From Ginkgo biloba (lineage: Eukaryota; Plantae; Ginkgophyta): a stretch of DNA of 30,040 bases. Under the pieces are notes generated by a model. It had not been told where the DNA came from. It did no database searches and worked only from the letters and a program-made list of their open reading frames with translations. The position numbers and the translations under genes are program-made. The stretch spans positions 30,745,767 through 30,775,806 of the forward strand of contig JANKJI020000004.1 of NCBI GenBank assembly GCA_024626585.2, read 5' to 3'. Shown here piece after piece: positions 11,161 to 21,480 of this stretch (positions within the stretch are counted from its first letter, which is position 1; each line of letters starts with the position of its first letter).

Positions 11161-13079
11161 AGACAGACAATGTACAAATGTCTTAATAGGTGTGTAAGCC
11201 ACATAAATTAACATTTTACAATCCAGTCTCCCTTCCCTCTTGATTCCTAACTTCTTTTCAATCAACTTGCATTACCTCTCCTTAGAATTGGAACAGTTTG
11301 ATGAGGAACATGAAGCCTTGTTGCAACTTCGTCCTTGCTGGAGGTTTTAGTCGTTGTTTCAGGACGACCTAGATATTAAATGAGGCTTTGATCCTTTTTG
11401 GTACATGCTTCGAATTATACTTGTGGTGTTAGAACCTACATCTTGCATTAACGGCAACCACACTGAAGTTAGCCATGGGTTGTAGATCAGGTTCTTTTGA
11501 GTCTGATATGGATGATTGGGATGAGTACATGTGTACTAATGCATTCCTAGGCTTTATTGACCTCCCTAGGGCAAACTCGCATGCTTGGTAGAACAAATGC
11601 TCATAATCCACCAATTCAACCTAGTTATTTTTTACATCTAATTCCTTCCCATCCGAACATCCCTGTCAATGCAAGGTTGCAACCCATTGTTAGAGACATG
11701 TATGATAATCAATGATGGTCACCAAGCTTTTTGAGTCAATGGCACCTAACCTCATTCGACACTAAGGACAACCTNNNNNNNNNNNNNNNNNNNNNNNNNN
11801 NNNNNNNNNNNNNNNNNNNNNNNNNNNNNNNNNNNNNNNNNNNNNNNNNNNNNNNNNNNNNNNNNNNNNNNNNNTTTAACTTAAACACATATATAACTTG
11901 AGGAAGCCTAGGGCTTGGGTCCTATTCTCTACTATATTAATTTCTTCTCAAGGTTGTTTAAGGTCTATGTCTTAATAGAAATTGAAAGTGGTTCACTAGG
12001 CCTATAAAATGTGAAAACATAAGCTGTGAGCCCAACAAGAAGCTTCACTTCCACCTTAGATATGTGAAGATTGCCAACATTCATTGGGTTTGATGGCTCA
12101 GTAAACATTTGCCTACGAGAAGTTATTTAGATGGTTAATTGGGATGATTAATCTAATTTGGTTAAGGTATATACTATTTCTTGCATGGCATAGTGCAAAG
12201 AGTTTATTGCAATCTTTGTTGGAAGATATCTCGAGGTTGAAGTTGTGGCATTCTAAAATTTGAGTTGATATTTGTTTTGAATTAATATTTCTCTCAACAT
12301 TAGAATGTGTGCATTGTACTATTCTAAACTTTGTTTTAGTTGTCAAGAATTCTTAAATTGGGGTGTTTTCTAACTTGAAGTAGAATAAAACATTTTATCC
12401 CCATCATCTAGTCTTGTAACCTAACCTTTCTATAATGTCAGAGTTGCTTGCTTTATTGTAATACTAATCTTCCAAAATCCCTTTTCTATGTGTTACCTTA
12501 GTTGTGCATACTTGGGAAAATCTCTAATTCTTATTTCATTATATGAAGGTTCTTTCGTTTGATCTCCACCTAATCTATCTTTACATAGCTTTGCCTATTT
12601 AACATGGTACACTTTTACATACATTTTCAGGCTCTAGCCAAATAAATTTTCCCTCTTTTGCATCTATCATATTTATTACCTATATGAAGCCCTTAATGCA
12701 CTATGTGTAAAGATAAGCCACCTTGGGATAGTAAATTTTGCTAGGGCTACTCTCCCAATCAATGATGTTCTTTTCCTTGTCCAATAAATGATCTTTTTTC
12801 TCATCTTTCCACTTGGAACTTATTTTTTTATTTGTCTTTGTTAGCCTTGTCATCCAAAACCTTCTACTTAGTGTGTAACTTCAAACTCATAATAATTATT
12901 GTTCTACTTTGCTAGCCTCCCCTCCATAGTGTAAGAAAGTATTAGTTTTCATTTTTGTTAGTTCACAAAAATGGGGTAGCTTGTTTTGTTTTATTGTGTG
13001 AAATTTGGAAGTTCTACAAATTTCAAGTCTTACAGATGATCACCCTATTGTGATGATGCCATTTCTACTTTATATTCAG

Positions 13080-13133
13080 GTTGTTCTTGATGGATATTCA
13101 GCTCCTCTTACAGCAGGCAACTTTGTGAAATTG
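13080..13133 (+). CDS. CYP37: Internal coding exon of peptidyl-prolyl cis-trans isomerase CYP37 (thylakoid-lumen cyclophilin, CYP37/CYP38 family); VVLDGYSAPLTAGNFVKL
   Basis: Acceptor tttctactttatattcAG (AG at 13078-79), then 54 nt open at phase 0, then donor TTG|GTAAGT. The peptide matches the recalled CYP37 motif (I/V)V(I/L)DGYSAPLTAGNFxKL; CYP38 has DGYNAPVTAGNFVDL. Confidence 0.93.
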
Positions 13134-13405
13134 GTAAGTAGTGTAAAAGCTCTCCACATTGTATGCACTTCTTTGTGAAGGGAGTGTAGAAACTCTACAC
13201 TTAGTATGCACTTCTAGCCTCATCTTCATAAGTAATTAGACACGTTTTCATCATCATTTTGATTTTTCTAGCATTTCATTTTTGACCTCTTCACCCAAAA
13301 ATTTTCAAGTTGAAGATTTCAAATGCGTTTTTGGTTTGGCAACTTTCTAAGATTGACATGTATATTGAAAAATTGAAGGTATTTGGTCAATTGTTGATTT
13401 TGTAG
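13134..13405 (+). other. 272-nt GT-AG spliceosomal intron between the two CYP37 exons
   Basis: Runs GTAAGT...TTTTGTAG and is T-rich. Removing it joins ...FVKL|VIDGKY... in frame. Confidence 0.92.
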
Positions 13406-13561
13406 GTTATAGATGGAAAATATGATGGAGTTAAGTTGCAAAGCACTGAGCAAGCAATTATATCCGACAATGATCGTGGTGATGTTGGGTTTAGTCTGCC
13501 TATCGAGGTCATGCCAGCTGGTGGATTTGAGCCTTTGTACAGAACAACATTAAGTGTGCAG
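13406..13561 (+). CDS. CYP37: Next internal coding exon of CYP37; VIDGKYDGVKLQSTEQAIISDNDRGDVGFSLPIEVMPAGGFEPLYRTTLSVQ
   Basis: Acceptor gattttgtAG (13404-05), then 156 nt open at phase 0, then donor CAG|GTATGT. It continues in frame from the previous exon and matches recalled CYP37 'YDGxKL...QA...PxEVMPxGxFEPLYRTxLSVQ'. Confidence 0.93.
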
Positions 13562-13949
13562 GTATGTACGGGCCTATCCCATTAGTCTATTTGAAATCTC
13601 TAGGACCAGTGGAAAGGACGTTTTGCTAAGCGTGGAGGAGAAGATTAAGCATGAAAGATAAGTTCTAGATTTAGTATCAATATCTCAATTTTAAGCCAAT
13701 GCTCCCTAAAAGATCTTTATGAAAACTCGTTGCCATTCCCAAATNNNNNNNNNNNNNNNNNNNNNNNNNNNNNNNNNNNNNNNNNNNNNNNNNNNNNNNN
13801 NNNNNNNNNNNNNNNNNNNNNNNNNNNNNNNNNNNNNNNNNNNNATATGTACAATAAATACATGACATCCAGAAGCCATATCAACAGGTCTCAGGAACAC
13901 ATCAACATATGCCCATAGAGGACGCTCCTTCCGAGAAGCCATTATTAAA

Positions 13950-14470
13950 TCTGAAAAAAATGTGGGAGGAGCAAATTTGCAAAAAAAATAATAAAAGGAT
14001 GGAAAAATTAGAATTTTCTCATTGTTTTTTCCTTTTAAAACTCTAAAATTTGCTTGATTTCTCTTCTCTGAATGAAAAACGAAGCTCCCCTTCATCCCCT
14101 CCTTGCAAAACACTGAAGGATGAATACCAATGGATCAAATACTCCTTGTTGTCTGCAAAGAAACTCTGCCCTTCTCACAAAATGAACTTGCTGTGTTTTT
14201 TTTAGCCAAGCCTCTCCTTACAAAAAGAAAAACACTGCATTTTTTTTCAAAAATTGCTTTTGACGGGTTAGGTGGGGGTCCAAACCCCAAGAACATTAAA
14301 AAAAAAAAAATCAATGTTTTTTTAAGGTCTTGCCTTGGGGACGCCTGTGCATCCTCTTGGGGAAGGGGGGATAGTCAGGTGTGGCCCGACCGTACAGAGT
14401 ACATCTCGTACTCGCACTTGCATCTCGAGTATGGGTACCCTGCCTATCGGGAATGCGCACCCAACAAGAC
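13950..14470. mobile_element. Possible non-autonomous DNA transposon (hAT/MITE-like) terminus
   Basis: A/T-run-rich segment ending in a CpG-retaining cluster of gtac/cgtac/gggtaccc-like motifs (14390-14465), resembling subterminal repeats. No TIR or TSD pair was found; the left end may lie in the gap. Confidence 0.3.
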
Positions 14471-15227
14471 TGTGAAAATGTTATAAAGATGAGATATAGG
14501 GACTGATTTCTGTGTAGCATGTGGGTACACAACATTGATGGTTGAAAGTCTCAAACTGATGCAGAGAAAGAAAGATTTGAGGGTCCAAAGCACCTAAAAA
14601 CCTTTTAAACCCCTTTTGCCCTCGCCCAGATCATATGAGACTTAAAATAGGACCGCTCGTTGGGTGAAATTTTGCTCCTTTTAATAAATTTTGATAGGCT
14701 AAATTTAAACTTAGGAAAATAAACTTAAATTTGAAAGTTTTTAAGTTGAGTGCTTGCGATGTAGCTGAGTGGATTGGGCATTGGATTGGGGGCGTAATTA
14801 AACCACATAGAGGTTGAAGAGATCGATGAGATTGCGTGACAACAATGCAGTAGCAATTGGGCAACGGATGCTCCCAGACAAAATGTCTTGTTTGATATGT
14901 GTAGCTGGAAGAATATGTTGAGCAAATGTAATTCAGGCTATAATGTGAACGCCCAAAATGATAAATAATGGCCTGAATGGATCGGCCAAGTAATAGAGGA
15001 TAGACTAGAAGGAAAATGATCTAAAAGGTGTATTGAAGTCTTATAAACAGAGGTCGCTTCACACGAAGATAAGTCAGCAAAGCGAGGGAATGAGAAGGTA
15101 GTAGGGGCTTGTTCAAACCATGAAAAAATTATTAATTGGAGACTACATCTTCGTGTAAGGGAAGCAAGGATTGAAAAATAAGTGAATACATTGAGATTTT
15201 GAGCAAAAGAAGGGGATACATTATGTT

Positions 15228-16374
15228 TGTAGGATATCTATCCTTGATTAATAATGCAAACTGATGACATGATTCATTCGATGACAACAAATGATGATGT
15301 GACATCCACAAAGGGCACGATGCAAATGAAAGATGAAATCAAGTCGAAACCACCTTAAAATAAGTCAAAACCACCTTAAGGTAGGGCAAGACGGCCTTAA
15401 GGAAGGTCAAAACGACTCAAACAACAAGTCAAACAATGTTGACTAAGTCAAAACAACCGTATTTCATTGTTCAAAAGTCCAATGGATGATTCGGCAGTAC
15501 AACAGTTGGCGTGGCAGTCTAAATGATGATGTAGCAATCCAAAGTATGACGTGGTAGCATAAAGGATGATGTGGCAATAACATTTAGGATGTCAGTAGCA
15601 ATCAAATCACTGGTCAACAATAGATATTCGTTGGTCANNNNNNNNNNNNNNNNNNNNNNNNNNNNNNNNNNNNNNNNNNNNGTCGCAACAGAAGGACAAA
15701 ATTTAATGCTGTAGAATTCTTTGGTCAAAGGAAGTCAAAGCCATGGTCAAACGTGGTCAAAGGTCTGTAGACAATTGCATTTAATGCTAAGGACAATGGA
15801 CTTAACGAGCATTTATGATGTGATCAACATTGATCAACGTGGCTAAGCTGACTTAGGGTTAAATTAGCCGTATTTATTAACTATAAATTTGTACTTTAGG
15901 TATAGTTCTGATGTCAACCGCATTTAATGCTAACGACAATCGACTTAATGGATAATTGTGACAATCGTCATATCATTTAATGAGAAGAGAGAAAACTATA
16001 AATATGAGGAAGAATCTCCCTTGAAAAACATGTGAGAGTCGAGTATAATCGATAATATTCAGTGTTGAGTGCAATTAATGCATGCCTCAGTGTAAGAGGC
16101 TAAGGCAAGCATTAATAACGATGTATTATCTAAACTAAGCATTTAATGCACATCTTAGTGTGAGAGGCTAAGGAGGCATTAATGTCATTGTACTATGATT
16201 TATGAGCATTAATGAAGATTTTTGTACCCAAAATTGAGTCTCCTTATTATTTGTGCATAAGCAATTAATGTTATTTCATTATGAATGCATTAGTATTAAT
16301 GAGCTATTAATGCATGTGTATTAACCCCTATTAGTGGAGTGTGGGACTCACAAGGTACCCAAATTATCCCAACA
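15228..16374 (+). mobile_element. Gypsy LTR (~1.15 kb, Tat-like)
   Basis: Runs TGTAGGA...CCCAACA, with purine tract AAAAGAAGGGGA just upstream. Contains arrays of gatgtggca, ggtcaa and gcattaat motifs, and TATA CTATAAAT at about 15996 followed by tgtgagagtcgag. An inverted homolog lies at 27166-28145. TSD not convincing. Confidence 0.7.
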
Positions 16375-16719
16375 CTCTTTAAAATTCGACATGGAGCAAT
16401 TGATTGATGGATTCATTAAATGTCTTCTTCACATATTGCACATATTTTTATACCAATAGTCATAACCAATAACTGTTGGTTATAACTAATTGGTGGTTAT
16501 ACAATGTACCGTATATCATTCACATTACATTAATATCTCAACACATTACGTTAATCCCCTATAAGACATTACATATGCATTCACTTTCAATAACATTTGT
16601 GATTCCATTGTATGCTTGAAGTGAAATGTCGGTGCAAGCTTAGTTGGGGTGCATGGCACAGGAATTTGGATAACATCTCTCCAAGCACTAATCTTCAAAG
16701 TTTCCTTGCTCAAATGACT

Positions 16720-17250
16720 CTATCGAGTCCTACCATTGCTGATTGTTGTTGTTGATTATTAATGTTGTTGCATTTAAGAAAAACGATAATAAGGTGAATA
16801 CAAATTCCACCAACCCTCTCCCCCCTGGCAAATATTTTTAGTTTAGAAATACTTGCAAGGTGCATGACTAAAATAGAGGATACCGCATTCTTCTTTTCTT
16901 CCACTAGGACACTCTTTACCGAGTATTTGAGTACCTTTGATTCACTTTCATTTAGGATTCCTTGCAAGTACCTTTGGCTTCACTTTTTGCCAAGGCTCCT
17001 CGAATCAATTGGGCCATTCACCTCTAATTTTGTTTATCTTCTAGTTGCATTAGTTTTGCAACCCACAGGCATTTTTTGGATATTAAGAGTGCACCCTATC
17101 TTGAAACTTGGATGTCTAATAGTTTACACCCATCAACAAATTGTATGGGTTACCAACCGTTGTGCTCATTGTTGCTAGAAATGCATTCCAAATACACATC
17201 ACATTGTATGGCTTGTCATCAACTAAAGTCAATTCCACCTTGATTTCTTC
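16720..17250 (+). mobile_element. Highly decayed, internally deleted L1-type LINE ORF2 remnant
   Basis: PTLSPLANIFSLEILARCM resembles GDPLSPLLFIL.LEVL.R. AFFFS...IPCKYLWLHF resembles KS.IFFS...P.KYLGLP. HCMACHQLKSI resembles the zf-RVT CxxC. The FADD motif is absent. Confidence 0.5.
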
Positions 17251-18629
17251 CAATAGGTGGAATCACCACTAATTCCATCAAATCTACAACTCTTGACTTA
17301 AGGAAATAGACCAATACTTTCTTTAGGCTACATATGGTAAATCACAATTATTAACACTTTAATACTCTTTGATATAACATTATCCAACCTTTGAAAAGAG
17401 GGTGAGGTTTTGCACCCCCCTCGCCCCAAATAAAAAATTCAAAGCAGGATTAGCATCACACAACAAGCCAACTTACAACAAAAGTAACAATTGTGCTTTG
17501 ATTTTGAGAATATGGTTGAGTGATGTGCTTAGAAGAAATTTTAGNNNNNNNNNNNNNNNNNAACCCTCTTTTTACATCATTAGTTACTTAAAACATAATG
17601 TCTTGTGTAATTTCCATTTCACTTAATTGGAGAAGAAATAGAAATTTATTAATGTCCATTGGTGCAAACATGTGATACAACTCCAAGGATACATCCAAAA
17701 ATGGTGTGAAGGTTTTTCACTTCACACTCCAATTCCAAGCCCTAAAGTCTGCATAATGCTACCAGCGCCAAATGGGCCTCTATGAGATAGTCTATAGGTC
17801 ATGCACAATTGTGTACTCTCCCAAGGCTTGTCAAATGATCTACCTAGTGATTTGGTCATCAATGGATCTTGGACTACTAGGGTGGGTCTGTGCAAGTCAG
17901 GAAAGATTACTGACTTTTGTGTCAACTAGGTTTGCGTCTCTCCTACCATCCAAGTTGAGCGCATCTCTGTATCTCCTAAAAAAGCTTGTGATAAGTCTCA
18001 CTCTCTTGGGTCTAGGTCTCGGAGTCTTATAAGGGTTACTTTTGATGTACCTAGGAGAGTGTCTCCTAATGCGTTGTATGGGAGGATGGTGAGTAATCCT
18101 AGTCCTAGNNNNNNNNNNCAGGACAGTGCCTAACATCTCGATGGGTGGATGATCTGCCCAATGGGAACATCTACCCTACTATTGGGATCATTGGTGGAAA
18201 GAAAGAAGTGATTGTTTGGACTCTACAACTTCGTTACATTGTTTCCCCAAGGATGCGATGTCTATGAAGAAAAACCACTCTAAGAAATAAGGCTACCCAT
18301 CGTTGATCTCTATGAGAAATGAAAGTGCAGAGGGATCCCCCANNNNNNNNNNNNNNNNNNNNNNNNNNNNNNNNNNNNNNNNNNNNNNNNNNNNNNNNNN
18401 NNNNNNNNNNNNNNNNNNNNNNNNNNNNNNNNNNNNNNNNNNGTCGAGCTAGCTGACATGGTGTTTTGCGATGTGGCTATTAAGTTGTGGTGGTGACTGA
18501 GTTGAACTACCTCTAGTATATTTCACCAGTCTTTTTATATTCTTGCATCTTCTACATATTTGCATAGTCTTCTGTCCAACATGCACCATTGATCTTGCTA
18601 GGGCCAATCTTAACCATTAATCTTTTCCA

Positions 18630-19130
18630 GCCATTTGTCACAGTCGTTGCCTTTTGTTATTTTTGCAACCTTTTGCAACATTGAAAATTTTGTGCAATTA
18701 TGCATGACAATGCCCTTTTGTCGCAGCCCTTTGCAATTTTCGTTGCCTTTTGCTAATTTTGCCAAACTTGTAAACGTGTGCGAAGTTATGCCTTTATCAC
18801 CACTCATTGCTATGTCGCAGCCTTTTGCCAATTTGGAACAAGTTCGCATACTTGCACGACAATGTGCTTTTGTCTCTTCCTTTCACTATTTTCATTGCCT
18901 TATGCATACTTCACATTTTTTTGCAACATTACCACCTTGCTGCAATTTTGCATGACATTGCACCTTTTGTCTAGGCCATTTGTAGTTTCACTTCCTTATG
19001 CAAACTTTGTGGCTATTTGCAATATCATATCTCATTGCAAATTTGCAGTTGTGAGCAATTTTTGACAACTTCTCGTGATTGTGGCAAATTCCTCCACCAA
19101 GCACTTTCCTTGGCAATTATCTTAGGGCTT
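18630..19130. repeat. Degenerate low-complexity array of ttgcctttt / ttttgcaa motifs
   Basis: Recurring gccttttg, tttgcaa and caattttg units. These explain the overlapping spurious ORFs on both strands. Confidence 0.6.
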
Positions 19131-20294
19131 CTTCATGAAATTATTGACTTCTTGCCACTTTGAAATTGAAATCGATACTTACACTCTTTCTTCAGTTCTA
19201 ACTCGGATCAAGGGTGACTTGATTTAGGCATTAGAAGATGATCTTGCTATATTGGAAGGCCCAACAAACCTTACTAAGAAGTTGCTACTTTTCTAGAGGC
19301 TCAATGACTCAATTTTGCACTAGTATTGTGCCTAGTTTTGCATTGCGGGTCACTCGTTGAACTTCTTGGAGCTAGAATTTGACATGTTGCAACTTATTTA
19401 AAGTCTACAAGGTACCCTCTGTCCATTCCTCTAGGTAGGTTTATGCTTTTGTAAGTATTTATTTCATAATGGTTCATTATTTATTTTTCCAANNNNNNNN
19501 NNNNNNNNNNNNNNNNNNNNNNNNNNNNNNNNNNNNNNNNNNNNNNNNNNNNNNNNNNNNNNNNNNNNNNNNNNNNNNNNNNNNNNNNNNNNGTACTTGA
19601 ATGTCAAATGGTACAATGACTTCCAAACTATAAACCAACTCAAATGATTTTTCTTTTGACCTCTTTTTTCATAGATCACTGCAAAATACTTTGGTGCAAA
19701 TGTTCATGTAGGGTCAATTTTTTCACCTTTACTTAGTGATCTGGGTTTCGATCGATCCATTATCCTATTAGATATCATCGATCATCTTCATTTGTGACAA
19801 TTTCAAATGCCAATTGTAGATTTACTCTTTCATTTTGTCAAGTATGAATAATATTGCTGTCTTTCTTGCTTTGTATGACGATGTTCACTAGAAATACATT
19901 TTGAATTTTGTCTTGTTTGGTACAAATTCTGGTTGCTTATTTTCCATACCATACTTTCTGTCTATTGTTGAATTTGGGAGCCCATTGATGTGGCCACATA
20001 TTGCTTGGTATGTGATGTCATGCGACATAAGCTCCCAACACTTAATGTTTTGTTGGTTGTATGTTGCTTTCATAGAGCATTCATTCGTTGGTTGTATAGT
20101 GCCTTCATAGATTGCTCATTGATGTGTTTTATTTATAGAGATTATACTTATAAGGGAAGATTTTAACATTTTAGGATTTTAAAAGGATTTAGTAAATGAT
20201 TATAGATTTTTTTTATGAATTAATTAATTTTATGTATGGTTTGACTAGTCAAACTGGTCAAACAACCACAATTAATGCTAAACCCGCTTATAGG

Positions 20295-20740
20295 GGTCTT
20301 TGATGCCTATTCCTTATTTTCACTTAGAATTTGTTACTTTTTCCTAGCCAAGTGGAGAATAAGGCTTGACAATCTTTTTGAATGTGAACCACAAAAATCT
20401 AATGGCCATGCTTCTCAATTTATGTAATACTATTTTTGGAGCCATCAAGAGAGAGGCTACATAATTGGGCATCTAATCCAAAGTTGACTGAAAAATGATT
20501 CTTCTACTTGCTAGACTTAATATCTTATTGGATGCTTCCTTTTTATTTTATGAATAAAAGGATGGCAATCTTCCACTTTTGGCTTATTGTATCCAATTGG
20601 GACTCCCAAATAAGACATTATCTCATTGTCTTCCTTCAATGGGATATCAAGTTGATGTGCCACTTACTTTTTGATTTCATAAGGGATGCCCCATATGAAG
20701 ACTTTGGATTTGAGCTTATTAATTTGTTGACTTGATGCTA
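20295..20740 (-). mobile_element. L1-type LINE ORF2 fragment (region just C-terminal to the RT core)
   Basis: Minus strand reads ASSQQINKLKSKVF...SYLGVPI...PFIHKIK / KILSLASRRIIFQSTLD*MPNYVAS...PKIVLHKL....RFLW / *EKVTNSK*K*GIGIKD. These are canonical plant L1 motifs (SGQ.IN..KS; YLG.P; LS.AGR; P.Y; FLW; W.KV..PK..GGLGI). Confidence 0.88.
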
Positions 20741-20749
20741 AGGCATAGA

Positions 20750-21260
20750 TTCTTAGAGGATTTTAGTATATATTTCCAGAATGCATATATGGATTGTTTT
20801 TCTATAGTTTAGGAGGAAGTTATATTTTTGTGTAGTATTCACTATCTATGGGGTTCTAAGCCCAACACAAGGGTGGAATAGAAACCTAAAATTAAGGCAC
20901 CTTTATTCATAAGGGTATTTTTGTATGATTAACCACGACAATGGTGCTTTGATGCATATAATTTTATGCATGCTTATTAAAATAAAATTTTGAAAATAAT
21001 CCCTACTTTTACTATAGAAACCCTAGTGACTTGACCTAGGGCAGTTAGGCTCTAGAGTGAGACCTTCTAGGGGATATTAGAAGCCTTGGTCTAAGGCATC
21101 TCTACATGAGGCACTATTTTAGTTGTTACATGTGTTGTTTGGGCATATTGGTAGTGGCTANNNNNNNNNNNNNNNNNNNNNNNNNNNNNNNNNNNNNNNT
21201 ACTGCCAGCTTTAGCTATGGGTGTAGCAAATAGGGCCAATAGTTATAGGTGTAGTTACTA
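20750..21260 (+). repeat. Dispersed repeat, inverted partner of 10700-11160
   Basis: Same shared blocks as listed for 10700-11160. It abuts and truncates the LINE fragment at about 20740. Confidence 0.8.
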
Positions 21261-21480
21261 GTGGTTGACTATAGGTGGAGTCATGTTTTCATGGTCTGTT
21301 GGTGCAACTTCGATAATTGTTAGGGTTCTTTGATCTAGGATTATTGGTATATCCCTAGGGATTAACCGATGAACCACAAAACTATCAATAGGCGTGGATA
21401 GTCTTCTTGGCTAAGAGGTTATGTCGATGCCAAAGAGCCAAAAAATGAACTGCGCTTAGCATTCTTGATGGAGCGGGGTT

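Noticed and set aside
12500-12560. PSYNEIR (minus strand) as a hAT transposase motif
   Set aside because: No other hAT motifs were recognisable nearby, so it is left unassigned.
14130-14486. 118-aa ORF
   Set aside because: It runs through homopolymer tracts of a repeat, with no splice or homology support.
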